In this document: in pieces, positions 36,469 through 50,664 of the stretch | Layout: each line of letters begins with the position of its first letter | Position numbering within the stretch: the first letter of the stretch is position 1 | NCBI GenBank assembly: GCA_038496445.1 | Contig: JALMLS010000015.1 | Location: 310,001 to 374,000, forward strand | Origin: Trichosphaerium sp. ATCC 40318 | Lineage: Eukaryota > Protista > Tubulinea | Reading direction: 5' to 3' | Length of the DNA: 64,000 bases | The notes under the pieces: model-generated | Seen by the model: only the letters and a program-made list of their open reading frames with translations | Told to the model about the DNA's origin: nothing | The model's database searches: none | Program-made: the position numbers and the translations under genes

Positions 36469-38266
36469 TTAAAATGTCTCAAGATTGTTTATTATTCCAT
36501 TAATCTCTAAACAAGTCAGAAAGATACTATTTCAAAGGGTTGAACGCCGTGAAAATCACGTGCGAATTTTTGTACAAAAATAAGGTTTCCTTACCTTCTT
36601 CTTCTCTCATTGCACTCAGTAGTTGTTCATAGGCACTCAGCTGTGATTTAAATCTAAATGGGGAAGTTAATAACAAAAGAAAACGGGCGTTCGGACCCTA
36701 AACCCGACTAAAACGCAAAACCAAAGTTTGGGAAAAAATTAATGTTTTTTTAACTTTCACATTCACTTGTGATGAAAATAATACTATTAAAATAGAATAA
36801 TAGCAATAGAGAACACATAAAAATTGCTTTTGAACTGAAAGGTGGAGCTCGTGGTGAATTCCACTTTACAGAATTTTTTTTTAGTCATTTTCAGAAGTGG
36901 TATCTTTCTACTTCAGAAGCGTACCCTTTGTTTGGCCCAATCATACTTCGTCGCTCATTAACATATTCTAAACAACACTAAGGTTTAAACAGAACAACTA
37001 AAAGAAAATAAAACGCTTTGTTTAGATAACTTTACCGCGACTAATATCGTAATTCCACCCGCGCTTATACATCAAATAACCAATAACAAACGATGCAGAG
37101 CGTGACACACCAGCTTGGCAATGTACAAGTATACGTTGTTTCTTTGATCTTGCTTTATCTATTAAAAATAAATGAGGACAGGGTATGAAAAAATCACGTG
37201 ATTACTGTCAAAAATGAAAATGCACGATTTTGTTCTAACGTTTTTTTTTTCAACTTTTCTTTTTTGTTGTTTGGGTTTAGCTTTCCCTTATCAGATGTGT
37301 ATACGTACCAATAAACGCGAACGCTTCTTGAAAATATGGCGTAATACTCTGTGATGGTTTATCGGCAAGTTTTATGTTTTTATAATGACACCCTTCCATA
37401 CCTTTTAAACAAAACAATCAGATGGATAAACAGAAAAAAAAAAAACAGATAAAAAAATGCGATTTCGCTAGGGAGGAGATTAAAAATTTTGCACGTGATG
37501 TAACGGCTCAACCGAAACAATAAAAATAATCTATTGAACACCTTCTTAATACTAAAACAAACAAAAACACGAAAGGTGCCGCGCTCCACGCGAAAAAAAA
37601 CAAAAAACAAAAAAAAAATCAAGAAAAAAAACCCGCAAAGTCTTTAGGAGATACGTACAACAATTCTCGCAATCATCTGCTACATTTAATATCCATTTAA
37701 TGTTCATGGTCTTAACAACTTCCTCGTAAGTGCATCTATGACCACCAAGGTACAAGAAGTTGTGCTCAATGATAGAAGGAAACCGATAATTGCTAATCTT
37801 CTTTTCACGATCTCTCGTAGTAACTAAGAACGGGAAAGCCTTTCTAAAGCTTTTAAGACCACCTTGGAAGGAGTACAGTGAGAAAGTGCGTCGTGTCACG
37901 TTACGATGTACCTTCAAGAACACAAGTTGATGGGTGTCCTTCTGAGACGAATGCTTCAACCATATCACAAACGTCTTTCGTCATTTGGCCAGTTTCGTTA
38001 TAAATCACTACCAACTGTACAATTTGAGTCCCAACAACGTCTTCAACCATTTTAGTGCCGTTACCAAGCGTTTTCTGAACGTTCGCCGCTCCAACTATAT
38101 GGGAAGTAGAAAAAGCGTCGTGTGATCGCGCATCTACCAACAAACAAAATGCGAAGCGATTTACAATAGGTAGAACATTATAAAGGTCGTGATGTCCAAT
38201 TCTATCAATCTTTGCGGCTCTGCCTGATATACCGAACATATTTAGTACGCCAGGTATCATCAGCAT
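36469..38266 (-). CDS. Rhodanese + dual-specificity (MKP-like) protein phosphatase
   Basis: LVDARSHDAFSTSHIVGAAN..VLEG-GLKSF; FPSIIEHNFLYLGG; HCQAGVSRSASFVIGYLM; PNKGFKSQL. Confidence 0.9.
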
Positions 38267-39216
38267 AGGATTCCGCCAAAAACGTGAAGAAATGTGTCTT
38301 CACAAAACGAGTTCGCAAAACTACTACAATTTTTTAACGGCTCACAAAAGCTTGGTCAAACCCGAGTCACAACTGCTTTTTTTGTGGACTTGCACACAAG
38401 AATTAGTTGCTAGCACTGTAGACTATTGTAAACACAACACAGCCTGCGCAGTTTTTTGCACGTGGAGTTTATTTCTGCTCTTTGTTTGGATATACAAAAC
38501 CTCTAACACTTGACAATGAGACCTATAAACACGGGAGTTTACCCGGATTAATCACAACTGGAAATGTGCGCATAGTGTTGTCATTTTTTGGAGTGGTTTA
38601 CAAAGAAAATTCGCTGTTTTTGTTTTTTTTTTTATTCTCTCACAACGGCCCTGAAACGCACACAAAGAGTCACATTTTGCTCTCCTACGCGCATAAAAGC
38701 CGTGCTACGGCGGAAACGTTTAATTGGAACCAACATAGTGTACTATCTCTGCGTTTACTATTACGCCTTGTTATTGTTTAGATTGGGTAAACCGCTGCTC
38801 GAAGAGCGCTGGGAGCTGGTACGTAAAAAGAAAACTACAAAAGTTGCGGGAAAGTAACCTGGGTTATTATTAGCATTGTTTTTTGAATCTCTCAGCACCT
38901 TTTGTCACATTCGTATTTAGAATCTTACAAAACTTCTTTGGAAACCCACCGGCGCCGCAGCTGCGTTCAAAAACACTGCGGTTATCTGCACGCACTGCGG
39001 ATTGTTTTAACTGCAACACTTTGTGCATCCAAGTTCAAAACACTTTAACAACGTTTGCGAATAGCTTCACAGGCCATACATACCCAATACAAGGTGCAAC
39101 ATTGTATTTTTGTCAATCTTAGTTGCACGACTTGACACAAGAGCCACAGTGACAAGTAAGAACAAAAAGATAAAATGAGCCTTGTGACCTCAAGTTGTGT
39201 GTCACCAAACTTGTTT

Positions 39217-40058
39217 TTACTGCGTTTTAGTTTGCTCTTCTCGTACACAAATATCACAAACTGTAGGAGACTCAGCAATTTCGTAGTCGCTCCTTGACAT
39301 ACGTATAGAGTCAGTGCGAAGGCCTGCATTGAATTCTATAGTTGTGACATCTTGCTATTTTCGTGTAAGTTGTTTGCTAAAAATACAGCTCTCAAGGCGC
39401 ACCAAGCTAATATCCATCAATGTTTGAACACCCAATACGCTACCCTAATAGTAGTGATAAGTGAATATCTGTTAAGAGCTCCAAGGCGAAGCACAGCATG
39501 AACAGTTACAAATTTTTTTCGGTTATCACGTGTCATAAAACAAACTTCGTACAAAGGGTGGTACAGCTCCAGGTAGTACTCCAAGCTATTTTTCAAGTTA
39601 ACAATTTCATGTCATTACAATACTTGCAAATACTTACTGTTTCAACGTCACTTGATGAAGCAAACTTGGTGGATTTACATTTTAGTAATTTCTTCAGTTT
39701 TTTAGAATCAACTTTTAAAGATGCTGACATCACACAAAGATGTAGCTTTGATTCCTTCTTTGTTTTAGCGTATATCAATAAAGCCTTTGCGCCTTCTTCT
39801 AGTTTCCCGCCTCTAAAGCGATTTGTAACGAAATGCTCAAGTTTGCGAACCAAGTCTCACCTAACGCTTGCAGCTTGCTCTGATGTACGTACTGCTTCAT
39901 GGTGAATGTGTTTGAAGTCAATATCCTTTGACTAATAACATATTAGCTTCAATTTATCTATTCACCATCTAATGTACCTTTAATAGCGCTAACACGCTTT
40001 GAAACACTTTGCCATCTTCAATTTCAGTGTTTTTGCATGTAGTAGCAGTATTGGCCAT
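39217..40058 (-). CDS. YbaK/ProX-family aminoacyl-tRNA deacylase
   Basis: HEAVRTSEQAASV-RGGKLEEGAKALL; GAVPPF; FNAGLRTDSIRM. Confidence 0.85.
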
Positions 40059-40427
40059 GACACTTGTTCTGAAGTTTCTCTTATACACGCGTGGGACGTA
40101 GGCGTACGTTTGCGCTAGTTTGTATTTTATAGCCTGCGATAACACCGCATTACAACCACAACTGAAGTAATGGAAGCTCGTACCCACACTGCGCCGTAAA
40201 AAGTTCGATTTTGTTTATTAGAGCGAATTCTTCGTTAGTTTTCAAAATCACGTGCTCGTATATTGCAAAGTCTTTTTCGGGTTCCACCCGCGCTTGTCCT
40301 TTCATGCACGTGCGTTTTCTGAGCCATTGAGTTAATAGCGCAACAAAATTATGAGTGCACGCTGATTAAGGGAGGTAAACCTTAGCGACAAGTACAAAAC
40401 TCGTCAGAACCTTCCAATCAAAAGCAA

Positions 40428-41996
40428 ATGATGATTAAACTTCTAACGTGTCTGGCTTTCGTTTTAGCTGTCACAGCAATCTACCAAATCCCTCAAGAAG
40501 ATGCTGTAGTTGATCTAGATAGCGGATTTCTTTCAGCAGGAGACAACGCCGTAGTGTTTTCAGAGGTGAGAAGGCAACATCTTGAACAAGTTTTTTTAGG
40601 CATTTATTTATTAAACGCTTGACATTCCACTCCTCGCCAGTACGCAGTTTACTGATGTTGTATGTAGGTAGTACGTGTCCATGATGTTGATTGGATTCGT
40701 TTGCGCTTCTCTGAGGTACATTTCGGTGAAGGTGCTTACTTGAGACTTCTTGGACTTGATGATGGCGCTGAGACAAAGATGAGTACGTTACACGATATTT
40801 TTTGTTTGGTCACATGATATTTATTTCGGAAAAATAGGTTACGAAAGTATTGAACAATGGGGATTTACTACACCATATTTCAATGGAGATGAACTCCTTG
40901 TAGAGGTACGTTAACCTTTTTTGGAATTTTCATACGACATTTGTCCACGTGCTGCTTTTTTCCACTGTTAACAACGATGTAGCTCATTGTCCCTGCTGGA
41001 ACCAAAGGCATGTCTCATATTAAAATAGACAGCGCAATGGTAGGACCATCATCAGTAAAATCAAACGGTACCCTCGGATCTATCTGTGGCACAACCGACT
41101 TGAGAAAAAGATCAAACGAACAAGAAGATGCAAGATTAGTTTCTTCTTCAGGTGGTGTATGCAGTACCTGGTTATTCAACAGAGGTCCAACAAACAACAG
41201 ATGCTTCGGAACTGCTGGACATTGTACGACTAGCTCTGGCGTTTACACAGCTGAATTCAACGTTCCTGACTCAAGCGAATCAGGATCCATCAGGTAACTT
41301 TATTCTTTTTGTTTTCCAAGTTCATTCTTGAATTAGACATCCTGGTCCTGAAGATCAGTATCCAAGCGATCCAACATCTCTTCAATACCGTAACGGTGGT
41401 ATTGGAAACGATTGGGCATACTTGGGTTTCTTTGCTAACACTAACGGCCAGTTCGCTTCATCCAAGCAAAAAGTGCGTTTTTTATTGTTTTTACTCATCA
41501 TTTACTAGTTGTTCACATGTTTGAAAAACTAACTACAACTTTTTAGCAATATACCCTAGACCCAAATCACGCTAGCAGAAACCCTGGTGTTACTATTTGC
41601 GGATACGGTAGTTCATCAGTAAGACCATTGTACGACGAACTTTTCGATTTCTTTGAAATCTTTTTTCTTATTTCTTACTCTTTTTTTAGGAACTTGGTAC
41701 AAAAGATACATGATATGCCTTCATTATACAGCTTCTCTGGTAACACATTAAGATACAAGGTTGACACAACAGGTACGTTATAACTTAGAGTGGAACCAAT
41801 GCGTTTCCTGTTCTCACCATTTTCTTTAGGCGGAAACTCCGGTTCAGCTGTTTCTGATGGTGACATTGTATTCGGTGTACATACTCATGGAGGATGTACT
41901 TCAAGCAACACTGGATCTAACGCTGGTACATGGGCCGGTAGACCAGAATGGCAAGCCGCATTGAGCAGCCCTCAAGGTGTATGTGCTGGAAAGTAA
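40428..41996 (+). CDS. Secreted trypsin-like serine protease of bacterial lysyl-endopeptidase-like architecture
   Basis: Signal peptide; WIRLRFS and TPYFNGDELLVE prodomain; TAGHC; NDWAY; GGNSGSAV; GVHTHGGC. Confidence 0.88.
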
Positions 41997-42155
41997 ATCA
42001 AAAAAAACCAGCTTAGCCAAACTTAAATTGAATAAACTTCAATACAAACAGTATCTGTTCTGTTACCACCAATCTCTTCCGAAACTTACAGTTTCATCTA
42101 AGGCAAACATAATGTGCTATCGTAGCATTTTCTTATTGTATTTATTTGGTGAATG

Positions 42156-45100
42156 TTACAATAATAAAATTGATATAAAGAAACTGACAGCCACAGCTAC
42201 CTGCTTAACAGTACCACTCACTGCTGAAACCACAGTTGGTTGAGTAGGTTCAACGGGTTCGACTCCTGGAGCTACTGTTGTAGGACTTTCAGATGTTGTA
42301 GGTGCTGTAGGTTCACTTGGAGATGTTGGTGATACCGATGTAGGTGCCATTGTTGTTGGTATCATAGTTGGTGTTGGTGCCATTGTAGTTGGTGTCATAG
42401 GCGGTGTTGGCTCGGTTGTAGGCGAAGCTGTAGCCGGTTGAATAGTTGTAGGTAAGGAAGTTGTAGGCGGCGAAGTTGTTGGTGAGGAAGTTGTTGGAGA
42501 ATCCGTTGTTGGCGAGATAGTTGTTGGAAAGGAAGTTGTTGGAGAATCCGTTGTTGGTGGGGACGTTGTTGGTGGGGAAGTTGTTGGAGAATCTGATGTT
42601 GGTGGGGACGTCGTTGGAGGTAACGTCGTTGGAGGTAACGTCGTTGGGGGCAACGTCGTTGGAGGTAACGTCGTTGGAGGCAACGTCGTTGGAGGTAACG
42701 TCGTTGGAGGTAATGTTGTTGGAGGGGCAAGTATAGAAGTGCAAGTTTCATCATCTAATGGCAAGACGCTAATTTCCAGAACATTGAAAAAAATTTGGTC
42801 TCTAAGTACCCTCAGACTCTCCTAAGATCATAGATTAGTTTTTCAGTTGAACTTACAACAAAACCCATAGAAAACTACTTCACTACACTGTCTTCTTTTG
42901 AATTGAAGAATTGAAAAAGAAAACCAACACGTGGAAAAGAGATAACGTACAAGATACACTTTGTTTTGTGGATTGAATAAAGCTTGAGTTACTTTGCCTT
43001 GATTTTGAAGAAGGCTCTCAGTAACATTTTTGACGATATCTGTCCTTACAAAGCTACCGTTATTTGATACACTGTAGCGTAATGTAACAGTTTCATCAAC
43101 AGGTCCATTGAGGACTATACGAGCACTAACTATAAATGCAGTATCATTTTGTAGACCAGGTGTACCAACTACAGTTAACCCTTCTATTGATAAAATATCA
43201 AACTCTAGTGAAGGTTCTGGAGAGCTAGCTGTGAATAAATCAATTGTAACAATATTAGATACTGATCCTGTAGAGCAATCAATATCAACAAGGAATCCTG
43301 TTAGCGAGTTTGGTGACGCATCAGCATCTCCAACAACATATAATGTCTTGTCTATTTCTTTGTTGTAACCTATCTTTATATCTCTTTCAATATCGAGATC
43401 ACTATCTTCATTGTCAAGACGGTCACCAATCTTTACGCTCCCAAAATCCTTGTATAAAGTAAGTCTGTAGAATAACAAACACGTGGTGTACATCTCATTA
43501 TAGACGGAAAGTAGAACGTACAGCTGTTGGTGTTATAACACGAATCTGCCACTCTTCAAAAAAGTCTGAATCAGGCTCAGCAAAGCATCCATTTAATAAA
43601 TGAAACGGCTGACAATTACAAAAGACACCTTTTGTAAGGGTTCTATTAGTTACATTCTTTGTTGACGCATCAATAGAATATATTGTATCGAAAGTTATGC
43701 CTACAATAGCATTCAAACCTACAGAAGTTAGATGAGAGTTCAGATACAAACAACAAAAAACGTACTTGGAACAAATGCTATTTCGCTCTTGAAAGTGTCA
43801 CTGAGTTCAGTCTCTGAAGTGACTTGCATAACCTATACAGTTATTAGCTACTATGTTTTGATAGCAGTTAGATATGTACCATAGAACTAGAAGAAGAGTA
43901 CTCATAAACTTGATAGTATTGTGTATTGGATTCTGTGTAAAAAATCCATGTCTGATTGTTTCCAAAAACAACAGCTTGTACTGCAACAGATTCTCTATCT
44001 GAGAAATCTATGACTTGCGTAACTATACCTGAAGTGTAGTCTAGTACATTTAGTCAGTACTGTAAACAACAAGGTGCTTGGCGTGCCTTGATAAGTGAAA
44101 ACAAGCATCTGGTTTTTGTTGTACATTGTTGTATTTTTTCGTATTTGAGCAACAATGATATACTCATTACCATCTCCAAGTTGTCCTGTACCAACAACTC
44201 CTTGACTTCGAATAAGTCTTGGAGCTCCAACGAACTGTTGCATAAAGTTGAACTCATCACATTCAAAGTTGAATTCAGGATCTTTAAAACGGAACTGTAA
44301 GTAAGCAGAAACACACGTTCAAAAAACAAACTCTTACCGATTTGAGTTGTTTCACTGTTTAAAGCAGGAACTATTGGTTCATTTTCAATGTCAACGACAC
44401 GAAGTCGTGAATCTGGTTTAAAATCAAATACCGTAGGTGTCAACTAGTAAAGAAGTGTTAGATTTTGAACACCAAAATAAAACACGTGATTTGAAACAAA
44501 CTTAAAGTCATAAAAACAGAAGAAAACGTACCCACAACAACTTTGTTTCTGGAATGTAAGAACTGAAACTATTTGTGATACCTATTGAATCAAAAAGAAA
44601 CCCTCCTACAACAACAGATTCATCTTCTTTTATCGTTGCAATAGCTTGTTGATTCAATGTATTGTATGTAGCATAACCAACAACACCTGTTATGGTACTC
44701 TCTGTTGATGTAAGGTGTATTTTAGTAACATAGTTGTTAACTCTGTTATTGTTTATCACATCAAGAACAATTTCAGGTCCAAGTTGCACTGCTGCAAGGT
44801 CAAGAGCAATTGTAATGGTTCGCGCATAAGTAGTAACAGTAGACCCATCGTCTTCCACCCATGCCAATGTGTACTTATTCAAAGCAATGTTGTACATCAA
44901 GTCAAGACTAAAAGCGTTTTCTACTGTTTTCACTGGTGCCCTGAACAGTTCACCGTCTATCTATGTAGAAGAATGTCAGCCGTTTTCTGAGTATTAAAAA
45001 CACGTGCCTTGTTAAACACTATAACTTCTATTGATTTCGGTGTGACTCCTGCTAGATAAAAAGCAGCTACGTAGTGACTGGCATTACTTTGAGCTACAGA

Positions 45101-46100
45101 TAAAAGACTAAAGCGTGGAAGATCAACTGTTTACAAGAAATTATGTCAGAAAAAGAGGGACTACAGATATGTTTCATGACGCACCTAAGCGAGTCAAAAC
45201 TACTGTTTCATTTTTGGAAAACACGCTAATGAATTTGAAGGCTCCGTCTGATATATAACCATACTCTTGTCTTTCTAAGTAGAGCGTCAAGTGTCCATTC
45301 TCGGACACAAAAAAAAGAAACCAAATAAGAAAAAACGTACCCGAATTGTAAGTAATATCACTAGAGAGTACCCCCGAAGTATCTAACTCTTTAACTTCAC
45401 TACGAGCATACTATAACCTGTTAGAAACAAATAGAATCATTCAAGTAACAGGCGGACATACATCTGTGCCATTGAAAGTGTAACTATAGAAGGATATCGT
45501 TTTGTTTATCAGATTAGTAATGAAAAAAACTGTTATTTCTGTTTCGGCATACACAGCCGTTACAACATTACCAATAAACTCTTCCTCATTACCACCCTGA
45601 GTACCGTTTGCAAGTACATCTATAATGAAAACCTCATTTAGGACCAACTCCGAAGAAAACTCGAAAAAAGAAAAATCTTGGATCAGAAACTCCGTTTTTT
45701 TTTTATATCGGATGTCGTACCGGCTTCTTTGCTTATAAATACACTAAATCTCTGAGGTGTACCCAAAACACCCTCATTACCAGCGATTAAAATAGTTCTT
45801 GTCCCATTTAGTTCACCGGAAACTAATCGTTGATCAGCACCGGTGCTACTTTCGATATATCCGTTCAATGGAGACGAACACAGCGCTAGATAGGTTGAAA
45901 AGTTAGTTTAAATAGCGTAAACGTAGAAAAAGCGATAGTAAACGAAGAGAAAGCCAAAGAGGGCTCAAAATCGAGTTTTTTATGTTTTTCTGGAGAAACA
46001 AGTGAACTATTTTGTTTTGGCGCGTACAGTCTCCTGTGAGTATGCAAAGAATTGCAAAAATGGTTAGAAGTGCTTTAAGCATCATCATTTTGTTATTCAT
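42156..46100 (-). CDS. Large multi-exon secreted surface protein with Pro/Thr/Ser mucin stalk and hydrophobic (GPI-like) tail
   Basis: Signal peptide MMMLKALLTIFAILCILTG; series of minus-strand exons; (PPTTL)n; ends QVAVAVSFFISILLL. Confidence 0.7.
42445..42725. repeat. 15-bp coding tandem repeat (PPTTL / SPTTS)
   Basis: gtcgttggaggtaac units repeated, degenerating toward lower coordinates. Confidence 0.9.
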
Positions 46101-46670
46101 TAAAATTCCTGCGCTACTTTTCCAGAATTGGAGTTTTGGTTTTCACAAAAACACAAAATACAACTTTTCATTGAATGTCCTTGTCGGCGTGATATCACCA
46201 ATATCTTAAATAATTCTCTACGACCATAGCCATCGACGTATGTGTTTGCATGATGCAAGCCATTACAATATTTTAATTGTGTCAAAAAACAGAAAAAAAC
46301 ACAATATCAAAAACTATTCACATAACGCGTCCAACATGAGGCGTGAGGGAAGTAAATACTCAATTTGACATGCATCATTTGGTAAATAAACGTACCATCT
46401 CCAGCGATACATAAAAATCACTAGTGGCCGGCTCAAACCTAAACGGTTTACTTGCATTTGGCATACAGCGCCACCTCATTACACACGTCGCTATATACCC
46501 TGTCACACCTGCTGTTTATGTTACAAAGTAGTGGTATGAGAAGACATTGATATTTAGAGTACATGGTGTTGAGCTGTTGGTTGATACAATTCTCATAAGT
46601 GGTGCGATATCAAAAAAAAAAAATTGTATTTTTTGAATGAAACGTTTAATTGTTTGAAGTACAAGTTGTT

Positions 46671-48130
46671 TTAGTTCATGGTAATACTACCTGTGTATGT
46701 ATTACAATCGAACTCTACAGTAGCTTTGGTCCATTTACGAACAAATACGCCACTGTTAGTTGCTGTTTCATGACAAACCTCCGTTGGTGTTCCGTAATCA
46801 ACCTTTAATTCATCTGGAAACAAGTATGGTTTGCCTTTAGCACCTGGTGGATCTGACCCTGACGAACAACCCATCCAACCATATCCGAGCCATGCGTAAG
46901 GTCCTCTAACAAGTAGGAAACCTGCCAAGTCTTCTTTGAACTGAGGAAGAGGAGAGACATCTTTATCTACTGTGTACTACAACAAAAAAGTCAGTGTTTC
47001 TTTTCAAGCTAATATTGTTTTTACCTTGTAGTAAATAGCATTAGTGTATGCTTCTGAGTCTTTATTACATTCAGCTCTGAATGTCAGCGCACATTTTTCT
47101 TGTTTAGGCGTTTCAAAATTAGTAAACTGTTGCCAACTCCATCCACCTTTTCCGGCAATAGCAGCGTGTACTTTAGCAATATTCGCCTTCCAATTAGTGA
47201 AAATCCCTGTAGTGTCGGCTTGCGTGAGACCCATATCTGCGGAACAATATAAGTCTTCTTCAGTGGCACCACCTGCAAAAATTAGAAAGAGACAAAAAGA
47301 ATGCTCACGTGCCGTATTTAGAGTGGTCGCAAAAACCTTCTTGCGGTTGCCATCCTTGTCTTGGAGCTGGGTAATCTGTCCAACCGTCATCAAGGAAAAA
47401 CCCAGATATCTGAGAATTGCCGAGGCCTAAAACGTTTCATTAACAAACAACTACGCGTAAAAAGTCAAGTACTTGCCAGTTTCGCCGAGAATCACGTGAT
47501 TTACCAAATAATCCGTTAATGTCGTATTACGATGATCCCAAAGGTACTCACCGCATGGAACGCCACCACAATCGCATGGGTCAGTACAAGAACCATCTCC
47601 TTTAGGATGTTGAGGTGTTTGAATTTGATCGTGATAAAACTCTGAACAAAGAGGTGGATCATAGTTGTTGTCGCATTGAGGCACGTGATAATTGTTTTTA
47701 CCAGAGAATTTTAAAAACCACCCAGCGTAAGCAGGGTCTGTTATTTTCGTGCGAACATTCGTATACCAAGGAAGCGCTGTCACGTGCGTTAATACAGGAA
47801 GAAATTAAGTGGGTTACCTTTGACGAGATTTCTGTACACGAAAACTTTTGTTTTAGGATTCACAGCCTTTATAAGCTTCACTTGTTCTACTAGTAGCTCT
47901 TCGCAGTTCATTGGTTTTGCGTTAGCCCATAATTGCTTTGCATTACTCCAATCGAAGTCAGCGATACCGAACTGAGCAGCAAACTTAGCGTCAAAGAAGC
48001 CGGAGTAGTTACAAGGCATAAATATTGTTGACATTTGCATGTCATACGTTGGTGTCCAGTTTGGCGTTGTACCGCAATATCCGAACGCCAACAAGGCGAT
48101 GAATATTGATAGAGATGCGGCGCGTATCAT
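46671..48130 (-). CDS. Secreted protein, putative glycoside-hydrolase-like (GHL15-related)
   Basis: Signal peptide; DFDWSNAK, IKAVNPKTKVFVYRN, YLWDHRN, FLLVRGPYAWLGYGW, GVFVRKWTKATV; family assignment is from recall only. Confidence 0.6.
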
Positions 48131-49283
48131 TTGTTGGTTTGGGTATTGGGTAACTTATTTTTTTATGTGCACTGGCGTTTTCTTGCGAAAACTTTCAACA
48201 AAGTTATGTGACATCCATTTGTACAACACTCATGGATGAGCGATTTCTCGCGTTTACATTAATATCAAACACAGCACAAAAGTAGTACGAACTTTCGCTA
48301 CAAGCGCTCACCAAAGAATATAATATTAATACTACTTAGCAAATAGATTTATCGTTGAAGGCAGGGATTTTAGTACGAAACACAATCATTCAAAAAACGT
48401 GATATGTTTACACAAAAAAAATAGCCTGTGATACCTTGACTGCGTATTGCTACGTCTACGCTAGCTAAATAATCACTTCTTTTCGCCTATCTAAGACGTA
48501 CCTTACAAGCTTACGTTTCTCATGTGAAGAAGGGTATTTGGATTGCTAAAGCTGAAAATCCAGCCAGTTTTTACCATATGTTTCATTTCTTCAAGAGATT
48601 TTGTAAGTTAGATAGGTAGCTTTAGGTTGTATACAATTGTATCATTGACTGTGTATATGACATGTTGACTTCTATGTACACATAGCTTGACAAGAGAAAA
48701 AACGTTGTAAGTTATCTTGAGAACAAAATTACTCCGCCAGCCTTTTAAGTATTTCAAAGACAAATATCAAAAAATCTAGCAAATGCATTGCAATGCTGTC
48801 TGACCGTTAGTTGGAACTGCTGGCTTTCTGTTTGACCTTCGAGCATTTATTCAATACGTGTTGATGATAATTTAAAGCCATTGAACCAGAATGTAAGGGG
48901 CAGCATCGCTTTTGGGACAGTTTCATTTAAGTTTCGTTTCATTCTGAAAATTCCGACATTTTTGAAAAGTAGTTAAAAAAAATTGCTTTGACTGTCGGTA
49001 CTTTTCGTAGGCACAGCATATGCAAATCGCAAAATTGGTTGTAAGGCTGTAAGTATAGAATCCTAGCTATATATTCGAAATAGCAATTGAAGTTTAAGAT
49101 GGTTCTGAGGTGATTAAAATCGTCTCAAAGATTCTCTAAATCCCATAAAAATCTATAACTGTCTCAACAGCGACGCTGCCCCTACTGCCCGTATCTTTGC
49201 AGTTATTGCACTAGTTGAGTAACTTCATTAATAAACTAAGGGATTGACTATAAGTTTATGGGTTGTAGCCACATTAATTCGTT

Positions 49284-50536
49284 CGGGCTAGTAAAAAAAA
49301 AAATTAGGACTAGTAACCCTTGTAAAACTTGGTCAAAACAGCTCAAAAATACTCGGAAACGCATCTCGCACATATGATAGACATGCTAAGAGGCTCGTTT
49401 GACAAACCATAAGAAAAAGCCCACAAAAGACGAAAAACGCCAGTTCAACACGTGCATCGATTAACACACAAAAAATAAGCGATGTACATAACATTCAACA
49501 CAAACTAAAGGTGTGGTGGTATCTTGCAAGGCAAAAAGTACTCAAGTTCAGAGTTATTGGGTGGGGGTTCTTAGATATGGCTGTAACCGTGCCAATCCAG
49601 AACTATCAGTAAGATTTTTCAAATTCACCTTCTTTAAAGAAGTTTGTCACGTGAAAACTTTTACATCATTTGTCAAGCTGAACTGTCGTAGTAAAGGTGT
49701 TGGTAACAATGTAACATATATCCTGGAGCTAGGTGATTTTGTACCAGCGCATTTATTGGCTTCATCATTGAAGCACAGGAAGCATACATGTGTAGTTCAG
49801 AATCAAAAGTAATTGGTTCAATAAATCACAGAATTTCATTGCATCGAAGATAGTCTACAGTAAAAAAAAAGTATTGGCAAATCAATAATTAACAGCAATT
49901 ACTGTTATCCATTAGTCCTTACTGAACACCTCAATTGACATAATAAAACCGAAGAGAACAATTCTGAAGGTAAGTAGCGGCTGTGCAATTTGAGCCATCC
50001 AAAAAGTTGTGAAAGGCCACTCACCTGGCTCAAGAAAATCGAAAAGCACTGAAATCCCTTTGATGCAAGTCATTGTATTAGCATACTTCTAAAAAGCAAT
50101 ATTAAATTAAATGTACTCGCCCAGAGACTTACAGATGTATGAACGTGTTTCAATTCAGTTAATATGTGTCTCAACCTAGTATTTTTTTTGGCACTCCAAT
50201 GAGCGACAAACTTATTCTCCACAGACTTTACCATGATAAGGTTATGTCTCTTAACAATGTTACTTGATTTTGTTGGCGAACCAACTCCTTCTATGGGATT
50301 CAAACTGACGAGCACCCTGCTATGTTGCATTTACTAAACTTGAGTTTGACCAGTACACTTACAGTTTGTGATTGCATCCGTGAGAATGATGTGTTGGTCG
50401 CCTGCACTATATATAGCATATTATAAACGCACTAGATTGTAACCTGACAATAAGGGCTCTATTGAAATTAACGCAACTTCACGCGGTGTGAACGAAAATT
50501 GTACTAGTCCTAATTTTTTCAGTTACTAGTCCTAAT
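49284..50536 (-). mobile_element. Decayed DNA transposon relic with inverted subterminal repeats, possibly hAT
   Basis: aaaaaattaggactagtaac near 49300-49318 is inverted twice at 50501-50535; internal minus-strand fragments FDFLEP and RQFS..TSL..NL weakly recall a hAT transposase C-terminus. Confidence 0.45.
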
Positions 50537-50664
50537 GAGATTAAGTTTTATCAATTAGTGGATTCAGTCTAAAACATAGCTTGCGTTTTTACGAATTCTC
50601 TGATTTATCCTACATTTGTGGTAAGTTTAAGCAACAAAACACAACAAGAATAACAACATCGCAC

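Noticed and set aside
36696-36705. Telomere-like CCCTAAACCC
   Set aside because: Single unit inside an intron; likely chance.
42313-42754. Overlapping repetitive ORFs (NDVTS, QRRYL, LEVTS frames)
   Set aside because: These are shadow frames of the 15-bp PPTTL coding repeat.
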